Shown piece after piece: positions 29,511 to 41,657 of a stretch of 64,000 nt of DNA. Below the pieces are notes generated by a model. The model searched no databases, was not told where the DNA came from, and saw only the letters and a program-made list of their open reading frames with translations. Position numbers and translations under genes: made by a program. Each line of letters opens with the position of its first letter. Position 1 is the stretch's first letter. Source of the stretch: Paraspadella gotoi (taxonomy: Eukaryota; Animalia; Chaetognatha); NCBI GenBank assembly GCA_051294375.1, contig CM119265.1:25447091-25511090 (forward strand), read 5' to 3'.

Positions 29511-30002
29511 AGTGAGGCTGACCGACCGACCGACATTCGGTTGAAAATAATTCATGATAATTTTTTTGCGATTCGAGTAAGTTCTTTTACAACGCCTGCT
29601 ACCTTGTCTTCTAATTGCTTGGCTAAGATTACCAGCGAGAGCAGCGTTGTCATATTAAAAATGTTATTGTAATCGTTACGCCAACTGAAAAGTTTTAAAT
29701 TGCATTGCATTGCATCGTTTGGTCAATAATTCGAACTCGACAAACCAAAAAAAAAAACAAATCAACAAAGACAAGTTTGACAGAAATTATTGCAAGGCGT
29801 CCAATAAAAACGTCCCACTGAATTGACCATTTTAGGAATAATAATAAAAACAGTCGACAGAAACAAAAGAGAAACAGAAAAGAAACAGAAAAGAAACAGA
29901 AAAGAAACAGAAAAGGACGATGAAGCCGACGAAACCGACAAGAGAAACCGACATGAGATTGGATTCCGGGCGCCGGAAATTACGAAGTGAGTCACCCCGG
30001 TC

Positions 30003-30046
<44 letters not shown>

Positions 30047-30293
30047 TATTATTGGGGTCGTGATAGGGTCAGGCCCTGCAATTCTTAACCTCATTAATAC
30101 AAGTCATTCCGAATCGAGGGCCTTTTTTTTTCCTTCCAGCCCAACATTTTGACCCAATTTATTTATAGCAGGGAATAACGAAAAATCAAAGTTGGATTTT
30201 ATAGGAATAAATAGCATATAAAATGTTAATCGATGCAGACGGGTCTCGGAAGTTATTCCGATTAAATACTTGAGTTTATTTAAAGCGACGACA

Positions 30294-30420
30294 CTTAGAA
30301 TTCTTGCCTTTTAACTTAGACTTCTTGCCTTTTAACTTAGACTTCTTGCCTTTTAACTTAGACTTCTTGCCTTTTAACTTAGACTTCTTGCCTTTTTACT
30401 TAGACTTCTTGCCTTTTAAC
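30294..30420. repeat. 21-bp minisatellite (CTTAGACTTCTTGCCTTTTAA) x6
   Basis: Near-perfect tandem copies. Confidence 0.95.
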
Positions 30421-32383
30421 CAATTTTCTAAGAAGTTTCTACCCTAATCTCTATCCTAAAACCTTTTTGAGTCTTTACCAAGCTGCTACGAGTGCAAGTT
30501 GGATCCCTTACAAACCCTCGGCATTACCCTGTAAACCAGAGACCCTCGATTCTCAAAGCACGAACATTAATGGGTTCATTTCAAACCGGTTCATTGTATT
30601 GTTCTATCTTTCCTAACTAAATTGACCATAATGAGTCTTCTTCTTGGCCCTACCTCCCTGCCGAACACTTACCCTCTGAATATTCCCCCCACCTTCAAAT
30701 CCATCGACCCAGATGAAAAAAAAATCCCTCCTTCGCCATTTTCTCCGCTTCTATTTATTCTATTTATTCTTTTTCTTTCCTCTCGATCTCGTAACCGAGA
30801 AAAAAAAACTGGCACTATATTCCGAAAGCGCGCTAATTCCGTTCCAAATTCTAAATAACTAACTCTAATCTATTTTACATTACTCAATCTCTAACCCTAA
30901 CCCTAATCCCTAAACCTAATGTAATCAGTAATTCGAAACCCCAACCCTAAACAGTAAACATTAATCCCTAATTATTAAATTAAACAAAAATCTCTAACAA
31001 AAATCCCTAACCTTAATCTATAACTTAATCCCCATCCATATTCATTAATTTATTCTTCAAAGCCAAAAAAAAAAACAATGTTAATTTTAAAAATTCTAAG
31101 AAATTTTAGAACAAGAAGGCCCTAAAGATATATCACGCTCCTCGGTACGGGAAATCTTACAATCTGAGCGAAAGAGGTAGGAAACTGAAGGTTGGGGGCG
31201 GGTGAGAAAATTCTGGGGCAAGAAGAGTGAACGGTAGAAAGGATAGGATGAAGGGGAGGGGGAGAAAGGGTCGGTTATAAAGGGTGACATGTAAAGGGGG
31301 GGGCGAAAGTTAGAGAAGGGTGACATGTAGAGGGAAGCCAAGAGTGGTTAGAAAGAAAGGCGAAGCAGAGGGAAAGGGGAAATGAGCATGGAAAGTGGAG
31401 GTGGTAGGGAGAGGGGTGGGAAAGGGTGAACATGGGAATGATGTGACATTGCAAAGGGGGAGTAAAAAGCGTGGGAACGGGTCTACTAAAGGCTGGACCA
31501 GGGGGGGGGGCGAGTCGCAAACACGTACGGAAACGCCGTGGGCGAGAAAAAGGGCGGAAGGTCCATCCGTAGCAGGAATTCGGTGATTCGGCTAGCGTAA
31601 AGAAGTAGTATCAACGATCCTGATTGGCTACCGAAAATAGTAACAACGATCCTGAAATAAATTCGCGGTTAGGTCAAGCTTTTTTNNNNNNNNNNNNNNN
31701 NNNNNNNNNNNNNNNNNNNNNNNNNNNNNNNNNNNNNNNNNNNNNNNNNNNNNNNNNNNNNNNNNNNNNNNNNNNNNNNNNNNNNNNNNNNNNNNNNNNN
31801 NNNNNNNNNNNNNNNNNNNNNNNNNNNNNNNNNNNNNNNNNNNNNNNNNNNNNNNNNNNNNNNNNNNNNNNNNNNNNNNNNNNNNNNNNNNNNNNNNNNN
31901 NNNNNNNNNNNNNNNNNNNNNNNNNNNNNNNNNNNNNNNNNNNNNNNNNNNNNNNNNNNNNNNNGGCTAAGAGCGTTGGGGGATGAAATTAAAGTTCATT
32001 AAAGGATAAAGCGGCGTCATTATGCCAAGACAAGAGAAGGAAAATGGGTTTTGAAAAGCGACAAAAATTGAGGCGGAGAAAAAAAAATCGAAAAACCGAA
32101 AAAAAAAGAAAGAGCGAGAAAATGGGTCGGTTTAAGTCGCCGAAAAAAAAAGGAAAGTGCCCCGGGGGAAGATAAGACGACGCCGATGGCAGCGGGCGAT
32201 GGTATCAGTGATGGCACCGGAGATAGCATAAGAGATGGCACCGTCGATGTCATCGGCGATGGCGCCGGTTTTTTCACTGGAGATGATACCAGTGATGGCA
32301 CAGCCGTTGAAAACGGCGATCGCACCGGAAATGGCATTCGCGATTGCACAGTCTATGCTAACGCTGATGGCACCGTAGATGCC

Positions 32384-33239
32384 ATGGAAGATGGCACCCG
32401 CGGCGTCAAAGACGTGACGCCATTACGTCCTTGAAATGGAACCGTAAATTTCGTCGTTTGCAAAAACGGTCGCCCGGTTTGGAGACTCTGGGCGTGACCG
32501 GAAGATGATGCCACGAGGTGGCGACTGGGGTCAAGGATTGGGAACGAGTTTCGAATTATGGGTGAAGCCGAATTTAGATACGCCTCTACTGAAGCAAGAA
32601 AGAGAGAAAAACTAAAAAACCTTAAATTCTACTATTGCAACAAAGAAATAAAGGAATTATCAGTAAATGAGACAGGAAAATTGTCCAAACATTACTCTAA
32701 AAAGGGATGCAGTTTACTGAGGAAGCAGTTCGAGTTAGCATTCTTTTACACAGTTAACGAATTCATCACATAAAATCTTTTGGGGTTTTACTACGTGAAC
32801 TCGGGATAGTTCATATTATTATTTAATATTTAATTAAATCAATAATTTATAGTTTCTTTTCAAAGATTTTGAATATAAATCTAATTTTGATAAGGTAAAA
32901 CTTAAGCAAAGCTAGTTCTTCAAATGTAAATGACTTTAAAAAAACGTGATTCACGATTAAGGTAATTTAAAAAAATTATAGCTTGCCTTAAACCACCAGA
33001 GCATGTCCAAAGTTAGGGGCAGGATAGTTTAGTTATTTAATGAAAGGATAATTTTTATATTGGTTGTAACAATTTATAAATAATATTAATGTCCATAAGA
33101 CTTTGTAAAAAGTAAGCATTCCCTCGCGACGCCTTTGAAACAGAAATCCGCTTGAGGGAACGCGACATAAAAAGACGACCTTTGATTCGACCTCTTGCGA
33201 TGGAAGGGAAGAGAGAGAGAGAGAGAGGAGAGAGAAGAG

Positions 33240-33274
<35 letters not shown>

Positions 33275-33442
33275 TGAAGAGATATGGAGAGACAAGAGGC
33301 GAGAGATGATAGGGAAAAGAGAGAGGCAGTAGAAAAACTGTTAGCCAATCGGAGTTGACAATCCGTCTCGATGTTTTCCTCAAAGTCTCTTGACCCCTAA
33401 ACAGTTGCTATGAGAGATGAAGAGAGAGAGAGAGAGAGACGA

Positions 33443-33483
<41 letters not shown>

Positions 33484-33669
33484 AGAGAGGCAAGTGGCCA
33501 TTTCTTTGTCTCACTACATCCCATAGGCGACTCAGAGCGACCATGAGGCTTTTTCTTGAAATCGATCCAAAGAAAATCCTTTCGAGATTTGGATTTCAAT
33601 CAAAAGCACTTAGCTCATTCTTGGCAACCGCTGTGTCCGCCTGGCTGGTTTCTCTCTTTTCTCTCTCTT

Positions 33670-33700
<31 letters not shown>

Positions 33701-36700
33701 CTTCTCTTCTCTTTTCTCTCTCTCTGAATGTCTTGTTTTCCCTTCTCACCTCCTATCTGAATTCTTTATTAACAAAAGACTCTGAAATTCTCTTTAGCTC
33801 CTATTCTGTTAGTTGCCAATATATAGGCCAATATTTTTTAATATTTCACATTACGTTGGTACTGTGACCTATATTTCATATTTAATCATTTTATTCCTTA
33901 TCATTACATTGATTCCCTAGGTTCCTCCGGAAATCTATCACCGAGTCGTGTGTCTTTTGTTAAAAGACCCAAAATTAACTTGTCACACTTGCTGTTACAA
34001 CAAATGGATCGCGACCGCCATCTATAGGTGAATGGTAGAGATATATATTGATTGAAATGCGTTCTTGATTTAATGATTGATTCATTGACATATTAATTAA
34101 ATGACTTTATGATTTATAGATTTTTAATTATTAAATGATAGATTAGCTGATAAATGGATTGATTAAATTTCTGATTAATTAAATGATTTATTATTTAATA
34201 AATTAATTACTTGATTTTTAAAAAAATTATTTATTTATTTATTTCTTTATTTATTTATATATTTTTATTTATTTATTAAACCTTACAGCGTGGTATTCGT
34301 CTCCTCGTGGTCCGTGGGTTTCTTCACCTTCGAATCTCACCGGGTCCCCTTAAGCGTCGGCGGAGCGGGTCTCATCCTCGGTTGGCTCTTCATCTTCTTC
34401 GGCCTCTGCTTCAATCTCTGCATCAGGAGGCGGGTGAGTTAAGAGTAAGGTGATGGGGAATGGTAAGGTCGATTGGATGGCCTGTGAAGAAGGCGTCGAA
34501 ATATTTAACAAAGGAAAATTATTAAAGGAAAATGACGGGTTAAAAAATACGTAATTATTAGTAAGCATGAGAACAAAGACGACGACCGAATTGACTGGCA
34601 CGATAACTGGAAGGAAGAGAACAAAGACGAGGTCGACGACAACGATGACAAAGACGACAACGATGACAAAGACGAAAAGATCGACAATGAAAATGAAAAA
34701 GAGAACAACGATTACAATTAGGAAGACGTGGAGGACAAAGATGGCGACGACGACAACGACGACGAAAAAACGTCAACTCCCACCTTTCGCCAATTTCCGC
34801 CCCCCCCCCGACCCCCCCCTCCTTGTCAGATGGACCGGTTGACTGAGCGCACAGTCTCTCAAGCGAATCAAATCCTGATGGATCACGACGTCTTGGTGGG
34901 CGTGGAAGATGGCGCCATGAACGTCTGCAATCGACTCTACCTGCATTTCGTCTACTTTAAAAAGGAAAAGTGCTTGGTGAGTTGGGAAAGGGCGTTTTTG
35001 CTTGGTTGAAAGATTGTTCTTTTGTTGAATTTAAAACCTTGCCAAATAAAATGAGCGTTGGGGATTGGAAAGGGCGTTCAGAGGCGCAAATAAATATATC
35101 TTACTGAATAAAGAAAGAATTTGTAAACTAAACTAAGTTATATAAATTGAGAACTGTTTTCAAAGTGAATTGGGTTCAGAGTACTTCGGAGATATGTAAA
35201 TAAATGTTAAAATATTACTTCCTGATACTTTTTTTGAATAATTAAAAATATTTATTTTCTGAAGATTGCTTATTTGTTTATATATATACTATATGTGGAT
35301 AAGGCGCTACGTGGGCTGAAGATGACTGTCCGTAACTTCTATAACCCCCTCTAGCAGCCATGGAACGGGTCCGCTGAGGCTTGATAGCCATGCCCCAAGG
35401 CGGCTTAAGCCGTCCTCACGCTTCCCGCAGGGTAGGTACCGGGTTGGGATTGAACCCGGTACCTAGTGGTCATGAGCTGATGGCTTTACTCAATGAGCCA
35501 CCGGGTCACAACTGAAAGTGTCATGATTCTAGGCGGGGTGAACCTAGGCAATGCCCACTACATATATTACATACATAGATGTTTAACAAGATGAGTATAT
35601 GTAATTTTATTATTCGATTGTTAGTTTTGTTGAATATATTAATAATTATAAAATTGAAATGATAACAATTCTTTCCCTCGATATAACTTTTTTTTTCGCA
35701 GGGAAATATCGAAGAGACGATTGCACGGACGACTGAGAGAAACCTGCGCTACTGTGATAAAGTGAGGGACAGGGATCATCGCAAATGCAGCGAAAATGCT
35801 GTAATACTGTAGAAAAAAAATTCCTGCACTTTTGGGCTTTTGAAATAGGTGGTCTAATTCTACTAAAATTTTGGAAACTGGATCGTTTAATTTTTAAAAA
35901 AAATTAACTATAATTATTGACAATTTTATAAATAAAAGATATTTTTAACATCAAATTAGAAAAGCAAATCACGGAAGGAACTGTAATAGTTTTTAAGTTA
36001 GTAAACTAAGGGTAAATTTGTTATAATATCACGTAAAAATAATAACAATAATAACCCCCTTTTTCCCTCAGCAGCAAAAACGCTCGTCCGAAGTCGTCCT
36101 CCAACAACCTTCGGATTTCAAGTCGCCCTCGACCCAAACCATCGCCACTTTATTGACGCCGATGTCGCCTTCAACGCCGTTCGACGACGCCGCTTCGCCG
36201 TATCCCGCTTCGCCCTTCGCCCTTAGTCCTTTCGCCCCTTCGCCTTTCCCCGCTTCGCCCTTCGCTTCCTCGCCAATGACGATCACGACCCCTTTGAGTC
36301 CCGCGTCCGTCGAGAGTCCGCTCGATCCGGCGTCGCCGCGGGAACTGCTGCAGCGGCAACAGCAGCAGCAGCATCGAAACATTCCGCAGCTTCAGCCGCG
36401 GCGCGACCGCGATTCGCCTTTTTCCGAAGCGCCTTCCATCAAACTCTGCCGCGGCGAGGCGTCGTTGTCGCCGACGCCGCCGTCGTGGGCGTGTCACGGA
36501 AACGGAACCGGCGCCGCGTTGGAAGGTTGTCGCGTGACCGGAAACGGTTGTCGCGCGACGACGGAATGTCGGAGAGGCTCGACGTCGGACGTCGAGGATC
36601 GATTCGGTTTCGAGGTCATCGAATTCGAGGACGAAGAAGACGTTTGGTGGGCGGAACAAGCGATGGGTTAGAGATGGAAGGGTTGAGATGGGATACAGAT

Positions 36701-37329
36701 GGGAAGGGTTGAGATGGGTTAGAGATGGGACGGAAGGGTTGAGATGGGTTGGGTCGGGGGAGAGATAGAAAGGGGCAGGGACAGAAATGAAGAAATAATA
36801 AAAGATGGGAGATGTGAGAAAATGATTTGAGTTGAAAATGAAAATGAGTTCAATTTATGATACGGATTCTTATAAACATATGCATTAACAGCTAACGACG
36901 GAAAAATAATAAAAAATAATAAAAAAATCATCTCAGATAAAAACTAAAGTACAAAGCTTGCTTTAAAAATGAAAAAAATCAATTTCTCAGAAAAATCTGC
37001 GCCGAATCATCGAAACATCGACGTGAAAAGCAAAATTAACGAATCGCGCGGAATCATTTCCTCGCTTCATTGCTCAAATTATCAAAGACAAGTGAGATAG
37101 TTCGTGAATTTGATCTTCACGTGAAGTTGTGAACGATTTAATCGCCCTCTCCCGCTTTTTTGGTTCACAGAACCTCGCTCAGCTCCTCTTCCTCAAATAC
37201 AGCGGACTCTACGTGAAAGCGTTGGTGAAAGGAAAATTGCCGGAAGTGAGTTGCGCCCGTCACGTGGACAAATTCCTTTGCGTCTGTCAATTCATCGAAG
37301 CCAAAAGATGGAACGTCACTCATCTGTGA
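32384..37329 (+). CDS. TMEM268: TMEM268-like transmembrane protein, spliced. Exons: ~32384-32535 (noisy, tentative), 33921-34027, 34289-34433, 34830-34976, 35702-35761, 36072-36641, 37171-37329
   Basis: GT-AG exons with matching phases give VPPEIYHRVVCLLLKDP..., two hydrophobic segments, then ...CIRRR/MDRLTERTVSQANQILMDHDVLVGVED...LYLHFVYFKKEKCL and a C-terminal AQLLFLKYSGLYVKAL...RH...CVCQFIE. These match TMEM268 family motifs as recalled (AN..L..H.LL.G..D, L.FVYF....C, YS..YV..L, CxCQFIE). Exon 1 needs indel correction. Confidence 0.8.
35294..35562 (-). mobile_element. 269-bp interspersed element with TG...CA ends, TATA target-site duplication and an internal tRNA-Met-like Pol III module (solo-LTR/TRIM-like or SINE-like); inside a TMEM268 intron
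   Basis: + strand reads tata|TGTGGATAAGG...GCCCACTACA|tata. Minus strand from 35507 reads GACCCGGTGGCTCATTGAGTAAAGCCATCAGCTCATGACCACTAGGTACCGGGTTCAATCCC (A box, CAT anticodon-like loop, B box). Two further copies in the window. Confidence 0.8.
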
Positions 37330-38405
37330 TTCTGAGGGGGGAGTGAAAGAAAAGCGTGAATCGTGAGGAGTCCTAAACCGTGAAGTTTTTGACGTACATT
37401 GGGAGACAGAGAGCGAATGATCGAGATATCAATGGATCGACAAAAAGTTTTATTACGCAATTTAAGCCTCTTTGCCCAGGGAGAAAAAAATGGTGACATT
37501 TTCGCTCTAATAAAAAGAAAAATAAAAAAATAAAAAAATAGAGAAATAGAATAATAGAAAAATCACTCCCTTTTGTGATTCTAAAAATGGGAAAAAGAAT
37601 GTTTAAAGAAAGGTAATCGCTCATACTTTTGTGAGCATATACTTTATCTGTTACGATAATTGTTCAAACAAGACAATTTGACAGTCGGCAGTTGATTGTT
37701 AACCCAACTTTTCTGAACCATTTTACCGCTTTTATTTTATTGTTTAGCTTTCCATAGTTATTGCACCGTTATAGTTCAATGTTAGATCTAAAAATAAGAT
37801 TTGTCTTTCACCAAAACCGCATTTTTTTCACTTTTTCTCCCTTCGATATTTTGAGAAGTTGAAATTGCATTGAGCGATGGTTTAAATTAGTAAGGAATTT
37901 AAGTGTTTACGTAACCGGTTAAGGCAGAACGATTAGTATTTTTTACATTCAAAATGTCTTTTTGTTCTATCTTATAATTCATAGTTCCAAATGAAGAAAT
38001 ATATAACTATTTTGATAAACTAAGTGAAAACCGAAATCACAGCAATTTACACGCACGCGATACGATCTCCTTTGCTCAAAACTGCTTTTTATCTTCGTTA
38101 CTTAAAAAAAAAGGGTTTGATTGTGTTCATAATGTTTTTACTAACGATTCATTAGTTCTAATCAAAAGCAACATAATCGATTTAGCTTGTCTAACCTATC
38201 AAACCAAAATTCATTAAGAGATCACTCCAAAACAATTATTTTTAGTAAAATAACTCATTTTAAGGCATGAAATTTGATTTTTTTTCTTTTGGCATGGAAT
38301 CGCAAAAAAATCTAATCACCAATTCCGCGTCTAACGATTGTTATATTCCTGAATAAAATTGAGATTTTTTTTATCACAAAAATCTAGTGTCCATTCATTA
38401 TTGAC

Positions 38406-38462
<57 letters not shown>

Positions 38463-39187
38463 TTTTTCTAATCAAGTTAACTAAATTAGAACGATGAACC
38501 CAAAAAATGTTCTTCGAGGACAATTTTTTTTTCTCTTCGAAAAAATATAGTAAAACGAGATGAAAGACTAGAAATGAAATTAAAAAAAAGAATAAAGAAT
38601 AAAGAATAAAAAAATAAATAAAGAATAAAAAGCGAACTTTTGTCTCAATGACGCATGATCGACCTTTACTTTAGACCATTTTTGTATACTTTATGCGTCT
38701 CAATTTTATTTTCTATTATTTTTTTTTATTTCGATTCTATTCTATTCTATTCTATTAAAAAAAACCATATCTTTTAAATATATATATATTAATATATTAA
38801 GGGTTTTGAAATAATTATTTTAATTAGATATCGAAACTTCACTTTTAAATCATACCCAATACTCATATCAAATCTTTTTAAGATTATTAATTATTATTTA
38901 TTAATTATTAATTTGATGCTCATAACATAAATTAACTGAAAATTTAAATACATTAAATTTAAATACATTAAATTTTACCTTCGATGGCTCAACTAAAAAA
39001 ATAGTTTAATAAATAAAAAAATATTAAATCTAATCTGAAACAAACTACGCTTCAGCTTTTCGGCATCCAGCGGGATCCACTTGCAACGACTTCTTTGATA
39101 TATCGGTTTCAAAGTCAACTTCCCGCAGTCTATTTGACATTATTTATTCTAAAGTATGTGGACTAAAAATCCACCAACCGTTCATCA

Positions 39188-39370
39188 GCGGCCATTGGTG
39201 CCAGAGGCAAGTCATTAGCCTCTTAACCCAAAGGTCTGGTGTTCTAGCCCAGTGGTCGTCTGGCAGTAAACAGCGACGGACCGCTTAACCCCCGCTGTAA
39301 CATAGTGTTACAGCCTGATCCGAAGCTCAGGGACTGCTTATATTGAACGGTTCTGTCACTAACACATAAC
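39188..39370 (+). mobile_element. tRNA-Lys(CTT)-derived SINE-like element or tRNA pseudogene (tRNA-like head 39188-39259)
   Basis: Acceptor stem GCGGCCA/TGGTCGT with G-U pairs, CTCTTAA anticodon loop and T-arm CTGG-TGTTCTAGC-CCAG. D and anticodon stems are decayed. Followed by a ~100-bp body containing hairpin GCTGTAACA-TAG-TGTTACAGC. Confidence 0.55.
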
Positions 39371-40102
39371 AATAATTACTGTCTCTTCAAAAGTACATAA
39401 AACTGTTCTACACCCCTAATATATCTCTTTAATAAATTTTTTAAATGAAATTAATCAATCAAATGTTGCTCTTTCAATCGTTTACTCCATTCTTATTAAA
39501 ACCAGATTTTTTAAACTTTAATAACCTGTATTTCCAGTTTTCTTTCAAAACCTTTCATTTAGAATTGAAGTGTCTAATCAAAAACCGGTACAGATTCTAA
39601 TTATCATTCCCTCCCTTTTAGTCGACGTGACCTCATGAACAAAAAGAAGTTTAAAATACATATGAATAAACCACCGTAAACTACAAGTTTATCTGATAGC
39701 TATGTGCTGAACTGAAAGTCAAGATAATTCGGCATCTATAAATCTCGTTAAGAAAGTATTTCTTTGTTTAACTCTCTTTGTACATTGTACAATATGAATT
39801 CAAATATAAAAAAAAAATCTTTTTAATAAATTTACCAAAATTTTTAACAACAAAAATATTTGAAATTAGATTTTAAAATTGTTTGCTACGCTCATTCAAT
39901 TATCAAACTTACGCGCACTCTTTTTATAAACTTAAACAAACCAATATGCAAACATCCTAAGATATTAATATCTTTGAAACCTCTCCCACGTTGCGTGTCG
40001 CTCATTTTTCACCTGAGTCATGAAATCTTCAATAAATCTAGACTTTTTTCTACTAAGAAATCAAAACTCTGTTTATATGACGATCGCCATCTATCCTTTC
40101 CG

Positions 40103-40400
40103 TTTTTAGTCGGATCTGCTTATCAGCAGATTCCGACTCTATAATTCACTTTGTCGGTCCGTCGGTCCACCCCCCTCAATCTTATCGGGCATTCACTTAC
40201 ATATATCATGTCAGAACATCGAATTATGATAAAGTACGCAAAAATAAATTATGTCCGTACGTCCATCTGTCTGTCTGTCTGTCCGTCTGTCCGTCCCACA
40301 ATTGGATTGATGGATTGGAATGAAATTTTGTCTGTGGGTAGGGAAGTGTGTGATTGAGCTGGATATAAAGTTTCGATGGAATCGTCTGAGTGGAAAAAAG
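40103..40400 (+). mobile_element. HINE/DINE-1-like non-autonomous element remnant
   Basis: T-run followed by imperfect palindrome AGTCGGATCTGCT-TATC-AGCAGATTCCGACT, then (GTCC/GTCT)n microsatellite blocks. This layout is typical of Helentron-associated elements. Confidence 0.45.
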
Positions 40401-40825
40401 TTTAAATGGAAAAAAACAAAAAACCTGTTTCACTAATTGATTATGCTTCTTTTTCTTTTTATATTAAATGTAAATGTAAGATATATTAATTATTCAAATA
40501 ATTAATCAGTTATTTAATCAATTAGTAAATTTATTAATAAATAATTAATAAATCAAACAAACATTTGGGATCAAATTAATTAATTAATAGCTTAATTAAT
40601 TAATTAATTAACTTGAATTAATTAATTATTAACTAATTACCAATAAAGATCGTGGGCAGATCCGACATTGTTTGCTCAAACTTGTTAAACTTAGCGATCG
40701 AAAGAGAGAGATTGACAAAATGTGCTGGTGGCAAAAGAATTAAATATCGACGATGATGTATCATTATGCTGGTTGCTTCATTCCTCTCCGTAAAACTTGT
40801 CCGACCAGAAAGACCAGTTTTGATT

Positions 40826-40865
<40 letters not shown>

Positions 40866-41657
40866 CCTTAAAAAAACTAATAAGTTCCACGTAAGAATTA
40901 GGGCGTTCTGACGACATTAAATTTCTTGTTTTATTTAGGAAGGCAAAAACTTGAAATGCGAAATGAACCAGTTTTTCAAAATGAAAATCGGCCATTTTTC
41001 TTTTTCCTTTTCTTATATCTCTTTCCTTTTTTTTTCTTTTTGGGATTCGACGTTCGGTTTGTGGGTCGTTCTTGTTTCAGTTATCGGAATTCGGCATGTA
41101 CATTGTACACGGTGGTTTATTAAAAATAAGTTACAAGTAAAAATATTTTCCTTTAAGACCCGCTTTTGGTTTTTATTCTAATTCTCTCTTCTTTTAGTTA
41201 GTATTTCGTTATCATTATCAGAATCACGAACTAAACGCTCCTAGTCACTCCACTTTTGATAAGGGATCTCTTTCGCCTTTAAACCTTCAAGTGGTTTTTG
41301 TTTTTCTCATTTGCTGATAAGAAAAAACTCAACCTTTTATAAAGTTCTTTTTTTATTTTAAATCTAACTCCAGGGAACAACGAGGTAAAAAACCGCCGGG
41401 AAAAAAGATCCAATATTAACAGGTATGATGACCGAAATGATATAGCAGTAAAAAATTAAAAATCCCTAAAACGATTCGATATGTGTAATACATATATCGA
41501 ATAATTTTAATAATTTTAATTTTAATTATCTATGATAGATAGATATTTAAAATTATCTCCATCACTTTCCAGATGAACACCCCCGGAAAAATCTTATTAA
41601 TTCCACCCTACCGCGATTTTTCAAAGGATAAACAAAAATTAAAAAAATAAACAAATT

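Noticed and set aside
34567-34829. Asp/Thr-rich ORFs as TMEM268 coding sequence
   Set aside because: There is an in-frame TAG at ~34719 and only a weak acceptor at 34721. The family alignment and pyrimidine tract favour 34830, though a minor alternative acceptor is not excluded.
35446-35507. Functional tRNA-Met gene
   Set aside because: No 3' acceptor strand, a weak anticodon stem, and it is embedded in a multi-copy element.
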